A stretch of 64,000 bases of DNA from Eledone cirrhosa. Lineage: Eukaryota. The translations under genes were made by a program, and so were the position numbers. Shown one piece after another: positions 12,724 through 26,058 of the stretch. The notes under the pieces were generated by a model. That model saw only the letters and a list, made by a program, of their open reading frames with translations, did no database searches and was not told the origin of the DNA. The DNA is taken from NCBI GenBank assembly GCA_964016885.1, contig OZ024744.1:95480001-95544000 (forward strand), read 5' to 3'. Numbering within the stretch: position 1 is the stretch's first letter; each line of letters begins with the position of its first letter.

Positions 12724-13055
12724 GGAGGCACATGGCTTAGTGGTTAGAGCCTTGCAATCGAAAGGTTGTGAGTTCAATTCTCAGACCAGGTGATGTGTTG
12801 TTTCCTTCAGCAAGACACTTTATTTCACATTGCTCCAGTTTACTCAGCTGTAGAAATGAGATGATAGGGACTGGGGTCCCTATCATTCCACTGCAAAGTG
12901 GTTGTGGAGGTGCCACGGCAAAAAAGCACCCAGCACTCACTGTAAATGAGGTTGGTGTTAGGAAGGGCATCCAGCTGTAGAAATCAAGCCAGAATCAGTT
13001 CCCGTCCCACCCTTGCAAGCAGGGAAAAGCGGACGTAAAAATGATGATGATGATG
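12724..13055 (+). mobile_element. Full-length tRNA-derived SINE (family B) with RTE-type tail
   Basis: A-box TGGCTTAGTGG (12733), B-box GAGTTCAATTC (12770), central body, 11-bp hairpin ATGATAGGGAC-tggg-GTCCCTATCAT, LINE-like tail and (GAT)n end. Confidence 0.9.
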
Positions 13056-13760
13056 TATGTCAAAGGTAAACAGAAATAACAATACAATCGGTACAGTATA
13101 TGGAAAGAATATATTAGTTTAATGCTTGAAATAGCAGAAAGAGGGTCTTCACGTTTCAAATGCTAGTGCGAAGGTGCATGGCTTAGTGGTTAGACCGTTT
13201 GGCTTGCAATTGAGAGGTGAGTTTGATTCTCGGACCAGGTTTGTGCCTTGGAGGGAAACTTTCTAAGTGAATATATATATATATATATATATATATAGTG
13301 TTTGCTCAATCAGTTCAATTTGCATCAAGTTTTCTGATGATGATGTATTCAAGTTAATTAATTGATTATTGCACTAAATAGATGCCAATAATAGCTATTA
13401 GTTATATGCTCTTTGAATGCAAATCATATGATCTCTCATGTGAACAAAATGAGATTTGTAATTGGTTGGGTAGATCTAATTTTTTTTTTTCATTCTATAT
13501 AGACCTACCTCTCCACTCCCCACCAACAGTGGTGAAGATGATAAAGGTCATTTGTTTACAATTGTAACAATATTGTGATGGCTCCAATGTGTTGCAAAAA
13601 TAAAAAAAGTTTACATTGCACCATTCTATACAGATATAGCAATCAATGAATATATATGTCTGTTGCTCTCAGTAGATTGTCTCATAGCAATTCCCAGCTG
13701 TCCTGTTTGTTATAAGTCTCCATACTCCTCCAAGCCTGTATATATATATATACTCAAAAC

Positions 13761-13906
13761 TGTTAAGGAAATCATTGTCATTACCATAACAGAAGTCCGA
13801 CGACCTTTTGATTCCAGAGTCGGGTTCAACCGATACAGATCGAACCTTGAGCTGATCGATCACGAACCACGCGTCACAACTCAATAAATGTAATGAAGAT
13901 TTAACA
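13761..13906 (+). mobile_element. Possible short solo LTR
   Basis: TGTTAA...TTAACA termini, AATAAA near the 3' end, CpG-rich interior. No clear TSD. Confidence 0.4.
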
Positions 13907-13917
13907 CCTTGCCCTTT

Positions 13918-13948
<31 letters not shown>

Positions 13949-14481
13949 CATCATCTTCATCATTGTTTATCGTCCTTTCATGCTACATGGGTTAGACGGG
14001 TTGTACCATTTGAGACACGTTGGGCCAGGTGACAATATCCTGCTCATATAGAACTGTTTCTAGCTAGATTTCTACAACTGGATGCCCTTCCTAATGCCAA
14101 CCACACACACATCTTCATTGTATTTTTCCTTTTTTCCCTCTTAAAAAAGTCTTTTGGGAAACATCTCAATTTATAACATGTAGATCGTGGCTTATGGGAT
14201 TCCACATTGCAGCAAGCTTTTCGGGAGCTTAACATTTGTTGCAAAGGTAGACGCCCCACTTATTTCTCTCCTTGTTAAGTATACTTGTTTGGCTTTGGGT
14301 ACTCTTCTAGGTACTTGGTACTGTTTAACTGTTCTTTGCTGCACCCTATCTTCTAGTCCTTTCAAAGCTGTCTCTTATCTCTTATTGCTATCTACAGTAT
14401 TGTTCCATCACAATGTCACTGTCTGGTATACTGGAATCTTGTTCCAGTTCAGATCTGGTCTGTTGCCCTCACTACATTGTC

Positions 14482-14830
14482 TCATCATCATCATTATCAT
14501 CTAGATTTTGGTTATGCAGGACAAAGTTAATCCCAAAGTAGGGGTGGGTCCTGCCTGACATCGCTCCTTAGCGTCCCACTCTGTGTGTTTGTCTGCCAGT
14601 CACACTTGGGCCAGGCCAAGCCTAGCTTGATCCTGACTAACATGCTCTATCTAAGACCTTTTGGGCCTTCCTGGGCCTCTGTTGACTCCTAGATCTACAT
14701 TCATCACTTTGCTGATCCAGCCCTCACTGCACTCGACATGGCTGTACCAGCGCATGCAACTCGTGTGAAGCACATCCTCAAGGATAGCACTGTTTTCTTG
14801 GTGAGATTGAAGTCTATCTGGATTATGTGC
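14482..14830 (-). mobile_element. RTE LINE 3' fragment
   Basis: Minus-strand RMRWYSHVECSEGWISKVMNVDLGVNRGPGRPKRS followed by a (GAT)n-like tail. Confidence 0.7.
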
Positions 14831-15909
14831 TCAATTGAAGAGTAAACCACCAGGGGTTTTCCGAAGAGAACCAGTCAAATAATGTACTCAATTATCATCA
14901 TTGTTTAACGTCTATTTTTCCATGCTAGCATAGGTTAATGAGTTGTCCTGTTGTGAGACAAGTCACATCAGGAGACCATGTCTTGCTCATACAGAACTGA
15001 TTTTAGCTTGGTCTGTAAGGCTGAATGCCCTTCCTATTGTCAACCACATTTACTGTGAATAGTGTACATATTTATTTCATATAGAAATGACTTTTACAGG
15101 ACTAGTATTGGTTCATTTGTAAATAAATATACCCTCTCTCTCTCTCTCGTTCACTGGATGTGTGTATGTATAAATATATGTAGTTGAGTGTGTTTATATT
15201 GATAAATATAGACTCGTATATACTTACATACACACACACACAATGAACTATGTTACTTTAGTCTTTCACTTCGTTGTGCAGAGACCTTTCTGCTCTCTCA
15301 ATGGTGGATGACATCACCATTGGAGAAGAATGGGCTCTACCATGCTATATCTGCCCAAAATATGCTGCATAAACATTCACGACTCTTATGGATCAAGGAA
15401 AAAGTAAAGTGATATTCGGAATAAAGTTTGAGAAAGTACATACACTTGCTTGATTACAAAACCTTCTTGTGACCATATTTCTTATCAGTATTTAAAAGGA
15501 TTTACTAAAATTATTTCATTTCTTAAATAGTAACTTAATATGGTTTTTCATATAAAATTTTGTTGGAAAATTTTAATTTAAACTATAACACTTAGAAATT
15601 GAGTGTTTTTTTTTTCTTTCTTTCATACAACTGTAACTGGTATCACTCTTAAAGACACTGCTTACAGTTTTCAAATTATTTTGAAAATAACCGCAAATTT
15701 CTTATTATTAATCTTGTGATTTGAACATAACTTAAAGCTTCTTACAAAATGTAGGAATGTAGAAAACAACTGCAATCACACTCAATTGCGATAATGGCTT
15801 TGAAAATTGAGTAATCCTAACCCTTACAGATAGGAAACAGTGGTTGGCATCCACTATGAAGAATTGAATTCCTTTCCCTCAAATTCCATCTGAAATAGAA
15901 GCTAAATGT

Positions 15910-16400
15910 AATTTTGTTAATTCAATTCAAATGTTTATAGTATTTTTGCTAGTGAAAATTTGCAGTGTTAGGGAACTAAAGACATTCATTTTTAATGTGA
16001 TACAGCTATAGTGCTGTTTCGTATTTTTCAAGAATGTCTTGTTAATGTCGTTTGTTCATTCAAATGTTTATCATATATTTACCAGTGGACAGATTGTTTT
16101 GGAAGTTTACAGTATTAAAGCCTTTAATTTTGAATGTGATACAATCATAATGCTGTTTTGTACTTTTCAAGAAGGTCTTGATAATGTGGTTTATTAATTC
16201 AAATGTTTATAGTATATTTACTAGTGAACAGATCATTATGAAAGTTTTCAATAATATACAATCATAGTGTTGTCTTGTATTTTTCAAAAATGTCTTGCTA
16301 ATATGGTGTCATTGATTTGTTAATTCAAATGGTTATAGTATCTTTACTAGCGAACAGATCATTACAAAGGTTTTCAAGAATGTCTTGCTAGTGTGGTTTA
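15910..16400 (+). repeat. Diverged tandem array (~4 units) derived from TTAA-MITE family F
   Basis: Recurrent ttaattcaaatgtttatagtat.tttactagtg.acagat...ttttcaagaatgtcttg.taatgtgg units. Confidence 0.75.
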
Positions 16401-16693
16401 GGTTGTTGTTGGACTCTTGATCATAAAGTCATCGGTTCAGTTTCATTATGTTCTTGAACAGGATGATTTTGTTTCACATTGCTTTTCATAAGGACTTTTG
16501 GGGGTATTATTAACTAAAACACCCAAGAAACCTATGAAGGTTAGCTAAATCTTGCAGAGGTGTAAATTTCTGTAAATTCCATTTCATTTAATATTTTTTA
16601 TGTAAAAACCCAACTCTTTCTTATATTATAAATTAAACATTTACTTGAATAATATGGGTTACAGATTTCATTAAGGCTTTTGAAGAAATTGTG

Positions 16694-16724
<31 letters not shown>

Positions 16725-17347
16725 GGTTTAGCGTCCGTGTTCCACGCTTGCATGGGTTTGGACGGGGGTTTTCCCACTTGAGGCAAGAGTGGTTGTCTTG
16801 CTCGCATAAGACTGTCTGGCGGGTTTTCTACAGTTGGATGCCCTTCCTAACACCAACCACATTTACAGTGTGGGGCTGGGAGGTTTTTACCGTGTTGCCT
16901 ACACGGCCACATTTACAGCGTGGACTATATTAAAGAAACTAAATTAATTAAAGGTTTAAAGTTGTTATTGAACAACTTTTAGGCTGTGTAAATCTTATTT
17001 GGTTGAAATTTGCATCCAAGGGCAGTAGATTGTCAGTATTGATAGAGATCAGACATGTTTTATGGCATAATTACGTCCCTTTACATTCTGAGTTCAAATC
17101 CTGTCACGGTTAGCTTTGCCTTCATCCTTACAGGGTCAATTAAATTGACTCCCCCTTTGTGCACTCCCCAAAAAAACATTGTTGGTTTTGTACCTAAATT
17201 TAGAAACCATTATTTTATTTTTACTTAGATGGGATGCCTTTGAAAATATTTAGAAGCTTTTATAATAATTTATTATCATTTATTATTTTTTTGTTTTAAA
17301 TATATATATATGAAAGAATCTTATTTTCATTTAATATACTTTTTCAG

Positions 17348-17446
17348 GGAGTTTGTAAAACTACTGATCCAGCTGATTTTGACCTCGAAGATCAGAATGA
17401 AAATGAAAGATTGGTGGCTTTAGCAAAATCTTTTGAAGAAAGATAT
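17348..17446 (+). CDS. UBN1: Ubinuclein coding exon 2
   Basis: ttttcAG|GVCKTTDPADFDLEDQNENERLVALAKSFEERY|GTAAGT. 99 nt, phase 0/0. Matches the conserved ALARKFEEKY motif. Confidence 0.93.
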
Positions 17447-17482
17447 GTAAGTACCTGTTTTTTTAATTTATTTATTTTTTAT

Positions 17483-17685
17483 TTAACCCTTTAGCATTTA
17501 CATTACTCTATACCATTGTATTTTCATGGTAAAGGCTTTATCTCACATATTAAATCTATGAGATTTTGATATTATTTATTTTGAGAACAGTACCTTAACA
17601 TCAGTATGAGTGGCTGGTTATGGCCAGTTTAAACAGAAAAAGGTAAGAGAATTCTGGCTGGATACAGCCGGTTTAAATGCTGTAA
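17483..17685. mobile_element. piggyBac-type (TTAA) MITE
   Basis: Starts TTAA-CCCTTTAGCATT, the same terminus as the piggyBac at 49950. Related copies at 21294-21473 (inverted) and 52425-52787. Confidence 0.7.
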
Positions 17686-18259
17686 TAACGATCATTAACT
17701 AATGAAATGAAATTTCAAGATTTAATATTAACCCTTTTGTAATATTATTTCTAATGGAATATGCTCTATTTTTATGAATTAATGAAGAATTTCTAGTGAT
17801 TTATTAAAATTATTGTTTTATTAACAACATAGTAACTATAGGAACCCTTTAACCCCTTAGTGGCCAACCTGGCCAAAACCGGTCCTGGTTCTATGAAATA
17901 AAACCACCCATTTTAAAGGTTGCCAGTTTAAATAAAAATTTCCAACATAATTTCATATAAGAATCTTATATTAAGTTACTATCTAAACTATAATAAAGTA
18001 AGAAACGCGGGACGGCGTACGGTTTATAATTTTTTATCCCCTTAGTAAAATAAGTTGGATTACTTTGAATAAATACTGAATGAATATTACATAATTTATT
18101 CACTAAATTTCGTGGCTGTTCATTAAATATATTTTATTACTTATTTAAAGATTCACTTCTTTAAAATTTTCAAATGTCAACACTTCTGGTTAGTGATCAT
18201 TTAAATAAACATTCATATATTTCTGTCACCAATTTTCTCCTAATGTAGTTTATATATAA

Positions 18260-18447
18260 TATTGTTTCTACTTTTGGCACAAGGCCCGCAATTACCCCAG
18301 TACATTACTGGTACTTTATTTTATCGACCCCGTAAGGATGAAAGGCAAAGTTAACCTCAGCTAGATTTGAACTCAGAATGGCAAGGGCCGTAACTCTTTG
18401 CTGCAAAGCATGGCGTCCGACCCTCTACCAATACTGTCAATCCACCT
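18260..18447 (-). mobile_element. SINE family C (representative; ~18 copies in window)
   Basis: Consensus ggtggattggcagtatcggtagagggtcggac...ctgagttcaaatcc (B-box) ...aactttgcctttcatccttacggggtcgataaaataaagtaccag...ggccttgtgccaaaagtagaaacaattat. Confidence 0.85.
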
Positions 18448-18506
18448 TTTTTTAATGTATCATGGATTACGTTACTGATTACATAAGACAGTGTAACACA
18501 GTCTTC

Positions 18507-18644
18507 GTTCAATTTCTGTGTATATTGTCAATTATGATTTTATTTGATGTATCATATCTATATGCATATATACTTATGTATAATATCAATATGCACACTA
18601 CACATGCTAGCAGAAAACCACATGAAGGGTTGTTTTTCTGCTAG
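18507..18644 (+). mobile_element. Helitron-like 3' end
   Basis: Terminal hairpin gcagaaaaccac..gaagggttgtttttctg ending CTAG|T. Homologous to 25376-25515. Confidence 0.6.
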
Positions 18645-19532
18645 TCTTACTAATGAAATAATCCCTTGAAATTCTTAATTGAAATAGAGTGCATTTCATT
18701 AGAAATGTGATTTGAAAGGGTTAAAATGGATGGCTTCTTTCATTGAACCAGACCCAGGTTTGGGCTGGGCAGGTATCAAAACGGTTAAGTTGATTGAATA
18801 TATATATATATATCATCTTTATCACCATCATTGTTTAACATCCATTTTTCCTTGCTAGCATGGGTATGGGTTAGACAGGTTGCCCCATTAGAGGCACGTT
18901 GGGTCAAGTGACCGTGTCTTGTTCAAACAGAACTGTTTCTGGCTTGGTTTCTATGTCAGAATGCCCTTCCTAATGCCAACCACATTTACAGTGTTCTTTA
19001 TCCATTCATATCACATGACCTTACTAGTGGTAGATGTATCTCTTGCGTAAATTAACTGATGTTTATAATGCCTTGCTTCTCGCATAACTCGGGTTAAAAC
19101 TTGCAGCGCTTCTACCATTTTCAAAAATTCTGAATTACTATACTTTGACTACAGTTGTGTCTTGCTCTAATTAAGAGAAGCTATTTATTGAAATTAAAGA
19201 TACCTATGGACCTCCATCAGCTTCTAATATGAGTGTTCTAGTTCGATTAATGGTGCAGCTTTGAAATTAACTGTGACTGACTGAGCATTCCGCAGACACA
19301 TGTACCTTTAAGGTAATTATAGGTACAGTACAACCGACAGGTTTCCAAACAGTTTCCGTCTATCCAGTTTCATTCACTAGACATGGGTCGATCCATGGCC
19401 ATGTATGGTAAATGATAATTTGCCCAAGATGTCATGCAGTAGGACCGAACCCAGGACCTAATGCATCTACACAACAAAGGTACCATGTCAACTAACTACT
19501 AATGTAAGTCTGCAGGGAAATATATATGTACA

Positions 19533-19830
19533 GTTGTGAGTTCAATTCTCAGACCGGGTGATGTGTTGTTTCCTTGAGCAAGACACTTTATTTCACATTG
19601 CTCCAGTTTACTCAGCTGTAGAAATGAGATGATAGGGACTGGGGTACCTATCATTCCACTGCAAAGTGGTCGTGGAGGTGCCACGGCAAAAAAGCACCCA
19701 GCACTCACTGTAAATGAGGTTGGTGTTAGGAAGGGCATCCAGCTGTAGAAATCAAGCCAGAATCAGTTCCCGTCCCACCCTTGCAAGAAGGGAAAAGTGG
19801 ACGTAAAATGAAAGGATGATGAAATGATGA
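19533..19830 (+). mobile_element. SINE family B, 5'-truncated
   Basis: Near-identical to 12765-13055. Confidence 0.9.
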
Positions 19831-21293
19831 GTTCTATGTATATTATATATTAGATTTGGTTGTGTGTGTGTGCACACCCCACACACAAACATACAGAAAC
19901 AAATGTGGTAGTGTTGGTGATATGACAAAATGCATCTAGTACATTCTGTAAAATAGTTGAGCAAGATGCAGTTAGGCTAGTCTTGGGCTGTGATGACTTG
20001 TCCAAGCCATTGAAAGCAGATGTAAAATGATTGTTACACACAATGATTTAATGTCTGTTTTCTGTGTTGGTATAGGTTAGACAGGCCATTATTAACCAAG
20101 TCAGTTCTTATTTGGAGTTACTGTTCTCTTAGAACCGTCTGGATGTCATGCCTGGCTCACTAGTTCCATTCTTTTTGCATAGTGTTCGTAGTAGGAAGTA
20201 TTCTATATGAATATATGGGCGTGTAACTCCTGGTGGAGTCATAAAGGTGGTGTAGTGACATATAGCTTGGCCGGGCCCCTCCCTCCATGTCTGAACACAG
20301 ATGATGATCAATGAATTTTCACAGATTGACTTGACTGTAAAATGTATGTATTAATGAGCTACAAACTTTTGCTAAATTTACTTTGAGACCTCTTGATTCA
20401 AACTTTTACTTCTGATTTTGGAATTCAGTCTAAATTTTATTACTGATACAACTTTGATAGCACAGATTCAACATCAGGATACAGGAAGGAATTCCCACAA
20501 TCTTCTAGTCTTAACTCCTCTATTATAACCTGGAGGGTTATAATGCATAAAAGAGGGGTCTGTGGGCTGAATCCTAATGTATAGCAATCTGTGCATTACA
20601 TTCCTTGCTAAACTCAGTCAACTTTCAGTTTTCACATATTTCACCTATCTCTAGTTCTTATCAACCACCAGGCCATCTCCAAGTCAACAATGGCTAGATA
20701 TAGAGGCTTACACCTAGCTAAGTACTTGGTTGGTGTTTCACTAAAAAGAGGGCATTGGTGATACCCAGTCATGGCATAAAGCAGAGCTGCGTTTTGTCCA
20801 GGCTGTTTCTCTTCCCAGTCAATTTCTGTAGTTACCTCCCCTTAGAGTATCCTTGTTATTAATGATGATACAGCAATGGCAGACATTGAGTTGACACTTT
20901 CCTTATTGACTATATGATTGACTAGCACATAACTTACTTCTCCAGATATTTTAACTCATTGATTTGAATAAAGGGTTCACTTTCAAATACCGAAAACATT
21001 ATCAAATATGGTATGGTAGTCATCTATATAAACAGGAGAGTACAATAATTGAAATGTAACTATAACAACTAAGATGAGGTGACTTCTCTGAATAATTACT
21101 GGTACTTGAACAAGACTGAGGGGGAACCCTTTTCTTACTGTGTTTCTTATGAAATACACTGATTACATGTTTCAATTAATTTTGAAAAAGATTTGGAGGA
21201 ATTTAATGAAATAACTAGGTTTTTCATTAGTAAGCTATCTTGAACAACATTATTTAAAAAATATTTCTAAAATAAAATTATGATAAAAAGTTT

Positions 21294-21473
21294 TAACCTT
21301 TTAGCATTTGAACCAGCCATATTTGGCCAGAATTCTCTCACCTTTTTCTGTTCAAACCAGTTGCTCATACTGACATTAAGGTATTGTTCTCAAAATAAAT
21401 ATCATCATCAAAATCTTGTAGATTCGATATTATGTGAGATAAAGCCTCTACCATGAAAATGCTAAAGAGTTAA
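21294..21473. mobile_element. piggyBac-type MITE with both ends
   Basis: TTAA-CCTTTTAGCATTT ... AAATGCTAAAGAG-TTAA. Confidence 0.75.
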
Positions 21474-23983
21474 TATAAAGGCAAATATTTTAAAATGAGC
21501 AGTTTTGTATCATAAATCCAGGCTGGTATCAGAAGGGTGAAACATTTCAACATCTTCAGCTGTCAACTTCAATAGCTGATCCTTCCAAAGACCTCCACCC
21601 TTTTTCTCTCTTGGATTTATTTCATTGCATCCTGTAATAGTAGTTATTTGCCTATTTCTTTTCAGCATCAGTTAGGGCCATTGTTTTGCAGTCCAAAACA
21701 CTTCACATCTCGTATGTTGTAGGACATTTGCAAACCTTTTACTCACTTGGTTTCTCTTTATGCAAACCTCAAGGAATGCTTATTTTTTAGCTACCTGACT
21801 TTACCTTTTCCTACCCACCTTCTCCCAGTCTTTTAGGTCTGTTTGGCTCTATCTATGGTACTATTCCATCATCATTTTACTTCCCACCCAAGCTGAAACC
21901 TTGAACTAGCACTAAGATCTAGTGTGTAGCCCTCGGCAGGTTGTCTCATAGAAACTTCTGGTTGTCCTTAACCGATGCCAGCATGAAAAAAAAAGCAGAC
22001 ATTAAATAATGATGATGATATCTTTATCTCTTCTTCTTTGTCATATGCATCAACTAGTACTAGAACTTCTCTCCTTAACTCACAACTGATAGAGAGCTAC
22101 TTCAGATTCCATATCTTCTAGATTGTCTTGTCTTTGAATCCACTTAGCTGTTGCTCAGTTTTTGCCGACTTGTACAACATTCTTGATCAGAGAAAGACTT
22201 AGTGTTCAAAAAACTTCATCAGTCTGTCTCATTTCTTGAGTATAAAATCTATGTAGCTGTGTTCACTTAAGTGATAGATTATCAAATGGTTGGCCTGTTT
22301 TCTGCAGTTAGTGTTGCAATTGATTGTCATTTGAATTACAGAACTCTCAAGAGTTTTGATCCCTCTTTTTTTCTTTTTTTCTTTTTTTTATATATTAAAA
22401 TTCAACACGTCTTTTGTTGAGTAGTTCACTAATATTACCATTCTCCTCTCTTATCGCGTGACTTTTTTGTCTTGTTCTTTCATTTTGGAGCTGCCATGCC
22501 ACCTAGATATGGCTATTACCATGGGTCTAACTGATCGTCTTTGTCACACAGTTTGACTTAAATGTCAAACATTTATTCATATAACTATTTTGTCCTCGCC
22601 ATGAAATTTTATCATTTCTATTTTGTTTTTTTTATACCTAAAATACTCCAGGACAGTGTTAACTGGACTTGCAGTAGTTGGTAGGGATTGAAATTGTACA
22701 TCCATTTCAACAGTTAATGTCCATGGATATTTTGTATTTGTTTCCTCTAAGTTTTCTAAATATATATATCATCATCACTGTTTGATATCTATTTTTCTAT
22801 GCTTACATGGGTTAAACAGGTCACCCACGTCATGAGATAAGTCTGGCCACACTGCCTTGTACTTTACCTTGCTCAGATGGAACTGTATTTTTGCTGGGAT
22901 TTTTACAGCTGTGTGCCCTTCCTAATACCAATGGCATTTACAGTGTGGAACTGGGTGGCACTGTTATGAGGAGGTTCTGGTCAGTTGGCCGCGCCGTACC
23001 CTGCTCACATCGGAACCATAAGCTGGGTGGTCCCGTTATGAAGGCAGTCATGTGTGTATATATATATAAATTCATCATCAATGTTGAACATCTATTTTCC
23101 ATGCTTGCATAGGCTTAGGCAGGTTTTCACATTATATAACAAGTCAGGCCAGATGACCAGGTTTTGCTCATACAAATCTGTTTTTCTTTTTTGGCTTGGA
23201 TTCTTAGGCTGAATGTTTTTCCTAATGTCAACCATGTTAATGTGGACTGGGTGCTTTTTATCATGGCACTAAAACAACTACCTAACAGTGGTTAATGTGG
23301 ACTGGGTGCTTTTTATCATGGCACTAAAACAACTACCTACCTAACAGTGAATTGGTTGCTCTTTTTCATGTTAACAGCACAACCACTTTACAGAGGGGAC
23401 TGGACTGGGTGCTTTTTTGTTATGTCACCAGCATGACAATCATAAAGTTGTTGGTTTTGATTCATGTATCAAGAGGCATGTTGTGTTCTTGAGCAGGATG
23501 CTTCATTTTACACTGTTTTAAAACAGCCGAGTAACCTCCTATGAGGTACACAACCTTGTAGGAGATTAGCTAAACATGCATAGGCATGAGCTGTAAATTT
23601 CATTTTTTTACAGAATGGACTAGGCGTTTTTTCATTTTCCTCAGCATCACTGAGTATTGATACACGTAGTGAGGGAGGGGCAGAGGTGGTGGGAGTTTCC
23701 TGTAATGACAGCCTACAGATTTAGCTGTCACCATGACACTAGTTGCCAAGAATGGCATATTTTACGAAAACAGATGGGGTATATCAGGCACCACCATCAG
23801 TGAGTACCAGTGGTTGCCCACTGCCACCACTTCAACTAAAGAGCAGAGTTATTTAAAAGCAGATTAAATGATTTATGGAAGTAATTAATTAATTAATATA
23901 TACTGATTCTAGACAATGAGGAAAGTAATGTTCAAGCTGTTGTTTGCAAAGCTAGACATTTGTGATTATATATATATAAAAAA

Positions 23984-24255
23984 ACCGGGTGATGTGTTGT
24001 TTCCTTGAGCAAGACACTTTATTTCACATTGCTCCAGTTTACTCAGCTGTAGAAATGAGATGATAGGGACTGGAGTCCCTATCATTCCACTGCAAAGTGG
24101 TCGTGGAGGTGCCACGGCAAAAAAGAACCCAGCACTCACTGTAAATGAGGTTGGTGTTAGGAAGGGCATCCAGCTGTAGAAATCAAGCCAGAATCAGTTC
24201 CCGTCCCACCTTTGCAAGCAGGGAAAAAGCGGACTTAAAACGAAATGATGATGAT
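23984..24255 (+). mobile_element. SINE family B, 5'-truncated
   Basis: Near-identical to 12785-13055. Confidence 0.9.
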
Positions 24256-24699
24256 ATATATATATATATATAATGACCCAGTGGTTAATGTTAGACAGTC
24301 AGTCATAAGGTCATTAGTTTTGATTCTTGGATCAAGTGGCACATCGTGTTCTTGAGCAAGATGCTTCATTTTATACTGCTTTAAAACACCTAGAAAATAC
24401 TATCATTGAAACACCCCAAAAACCACCTATGATGTACATAACCTTGTAGGAGATCACCTAAACCTGCCGTAGCTCCTTAATGTGGTTGTGTAGGTGTCAC
24501 GACAAAAAGCACCCAGTCCACACTGTAGAATGGTCATGTTGCTGCCACAATAAAAAGCACCCAGTACACACTGTAAATGCGGTTGCCATAAGGAAGAGCA
24601 TCCAACTGTAGAAACCAAGCCAAAATCAGTTCTGTAGGAGCAAGACATGGTCACCTGACCTAACATTGCCCATGTTTGATGAAAGCATCAAATGTTCAT

Positions 24700-24960
24700 G
24701 TGTTTGATTAAAGGAAGGGAGTGCCTGAGTGAATGTAGCTCGAGGCCAGCCAGTTCTGTGGAGCAGATGCCATTGTAGAGCTGGAATGTGTCTGATTTTT
24801 CCTGGATGTGATCTGGGATGTTTGTATATGTGGTAGCAGTACTGTCCTAAATGTTGGAGCAGTGCTCCATTGTGGGTAATACCTGATCTTTGTAGGAAGT
24901 CAGTATTTTCTGGTTCTGAAGAGAAGAGCCAGTGTGCTGAACATATTTAAGGGTGTTGAA
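24700..24960 (-). mobile_element. CR1/Jockey-like LINE C-terminal fragment
   Basis: Minus-strand LTSYKDQVLPTMEHCSNI...HIQ...YNGICSTEL resembles the YKAQVRPxMEYCS...LYxGxCSxEL pattern. Confidence 0.55.
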
Positions 24961-25135
24961 GTGCATTTATGTTTTAGTTCCAATATACTTACAATGAACA
25001 ATAACAACAATCAGATCCATCATTGGTTTGTGGTCATACTGGGACTCATCTATTATCTTATTGATCTTTATTTGCATTATAGGACCTTCGGGTACCCACT
25101 ACTACTAGTGTATATCATCATCATCTTCCAAACTA

Positions 25136-25179
<44 letters not shown>

Positions 25180-25375
25180 CCCTCCCGGGTTCAATCGGGG
25201 GTAATCACAGTAAGATACTCAATATATAGCAGAGTATAAATATTTAATATAGAAATGGCTTCTACAGGACTAGAACGGTTTCATTCGAAGGAAATCATCA
25301 CAAAAGCTTTCCTGATGAATTCCTTCGAATGAAACAGTTCTAGTCCTTGTTGAAGCCATTTCTATATTAAATATA
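25180..25375. mobile_element. Inverted duplication of a probable Penelope-like terminal repeat (~60-bp arms)
   Basis: 25240-25300 is the near-perfect reverse complement of 25313-25374. Each arm carries TGATGA-hairpin-GAAA. Confidence 0.6.
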
Positions 25376-26058
25376 CTAGCAGAAAAACCACCCTTCGGGT
25401 GGTTTTCAGCTGGCATGTGTAGTGTGCATATTGATATTATATGCAAGTATATATGCATGTAGATATGATACATCAAATAAAATCGTAATTGACAATATAC
25501 ACAGAAATTGAACATTATATATTGATGTCTAAGATTTCTCTCATAGCACCTTTCTGTTTGGAATTTGAGAATGATGTAATCTGGTTTCAGTTGGTACATA
25601 TTACTTCACAGTTATACATTGGTGTTTCAGTGTCTTACTTCTTCTTGTTCAGAACCCGAACCCGAGTAGACCTTGATGTGAAATTAGTAAAGAAACGGCG
25701 AAACCTCTCTTGCCTTATACTCAAAGCCCTTCGGATATGATTCAGAACAGCTGGAGCCTTCCACTCCGCATTCAGACTCGTTGCCTGTCTCTCATTAACT
25801 AAAACAACTTCGTCAAGCACGATTTCTTCACTATCCATTATAACTTTCACTGAGCTGTTATAAATAATTTTCAATGAGTTGTTATAAAATAACCTCTGAG
25901 CAGTTATAAAATAACTTTCAATGTTCTGGTATAAAATAATTTTCAATAAGCTGTTAGGAGATGGCTTTCTCTAAGCTGATAAGAAATTACTTTCTCTAAG
26001 CTGTAAAGAAGTGATACCTTCGCTTTACCTTGTAAATTTTTAGTCATGTCTATTATGA
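25376..26058 (-). mobile_element. Non-autonomous Helitron-like element with internal ~24-bp tandem repeats
   Basis: Minus strand reads A|TC...subterminal hairpin gaaaaccaccc-gaa-gggtggttttt...CTAG|T. The 5' boundary is tentative. Confidence 0.55.

Noticed and set aside
12724-12790. tRNA gene
   Set aside because: Only A/B boxes are present with no complete cloverleaf, and the sequence continues into a SINE body found in multiple copies.
12737-12970. Recurrent MPFLTPTSFTVSAG... ORFs (also 19499, 23966, 27964, 39908) as a gene family
   Set aside because: They are antisense translations of SINE B and the RTE tail.
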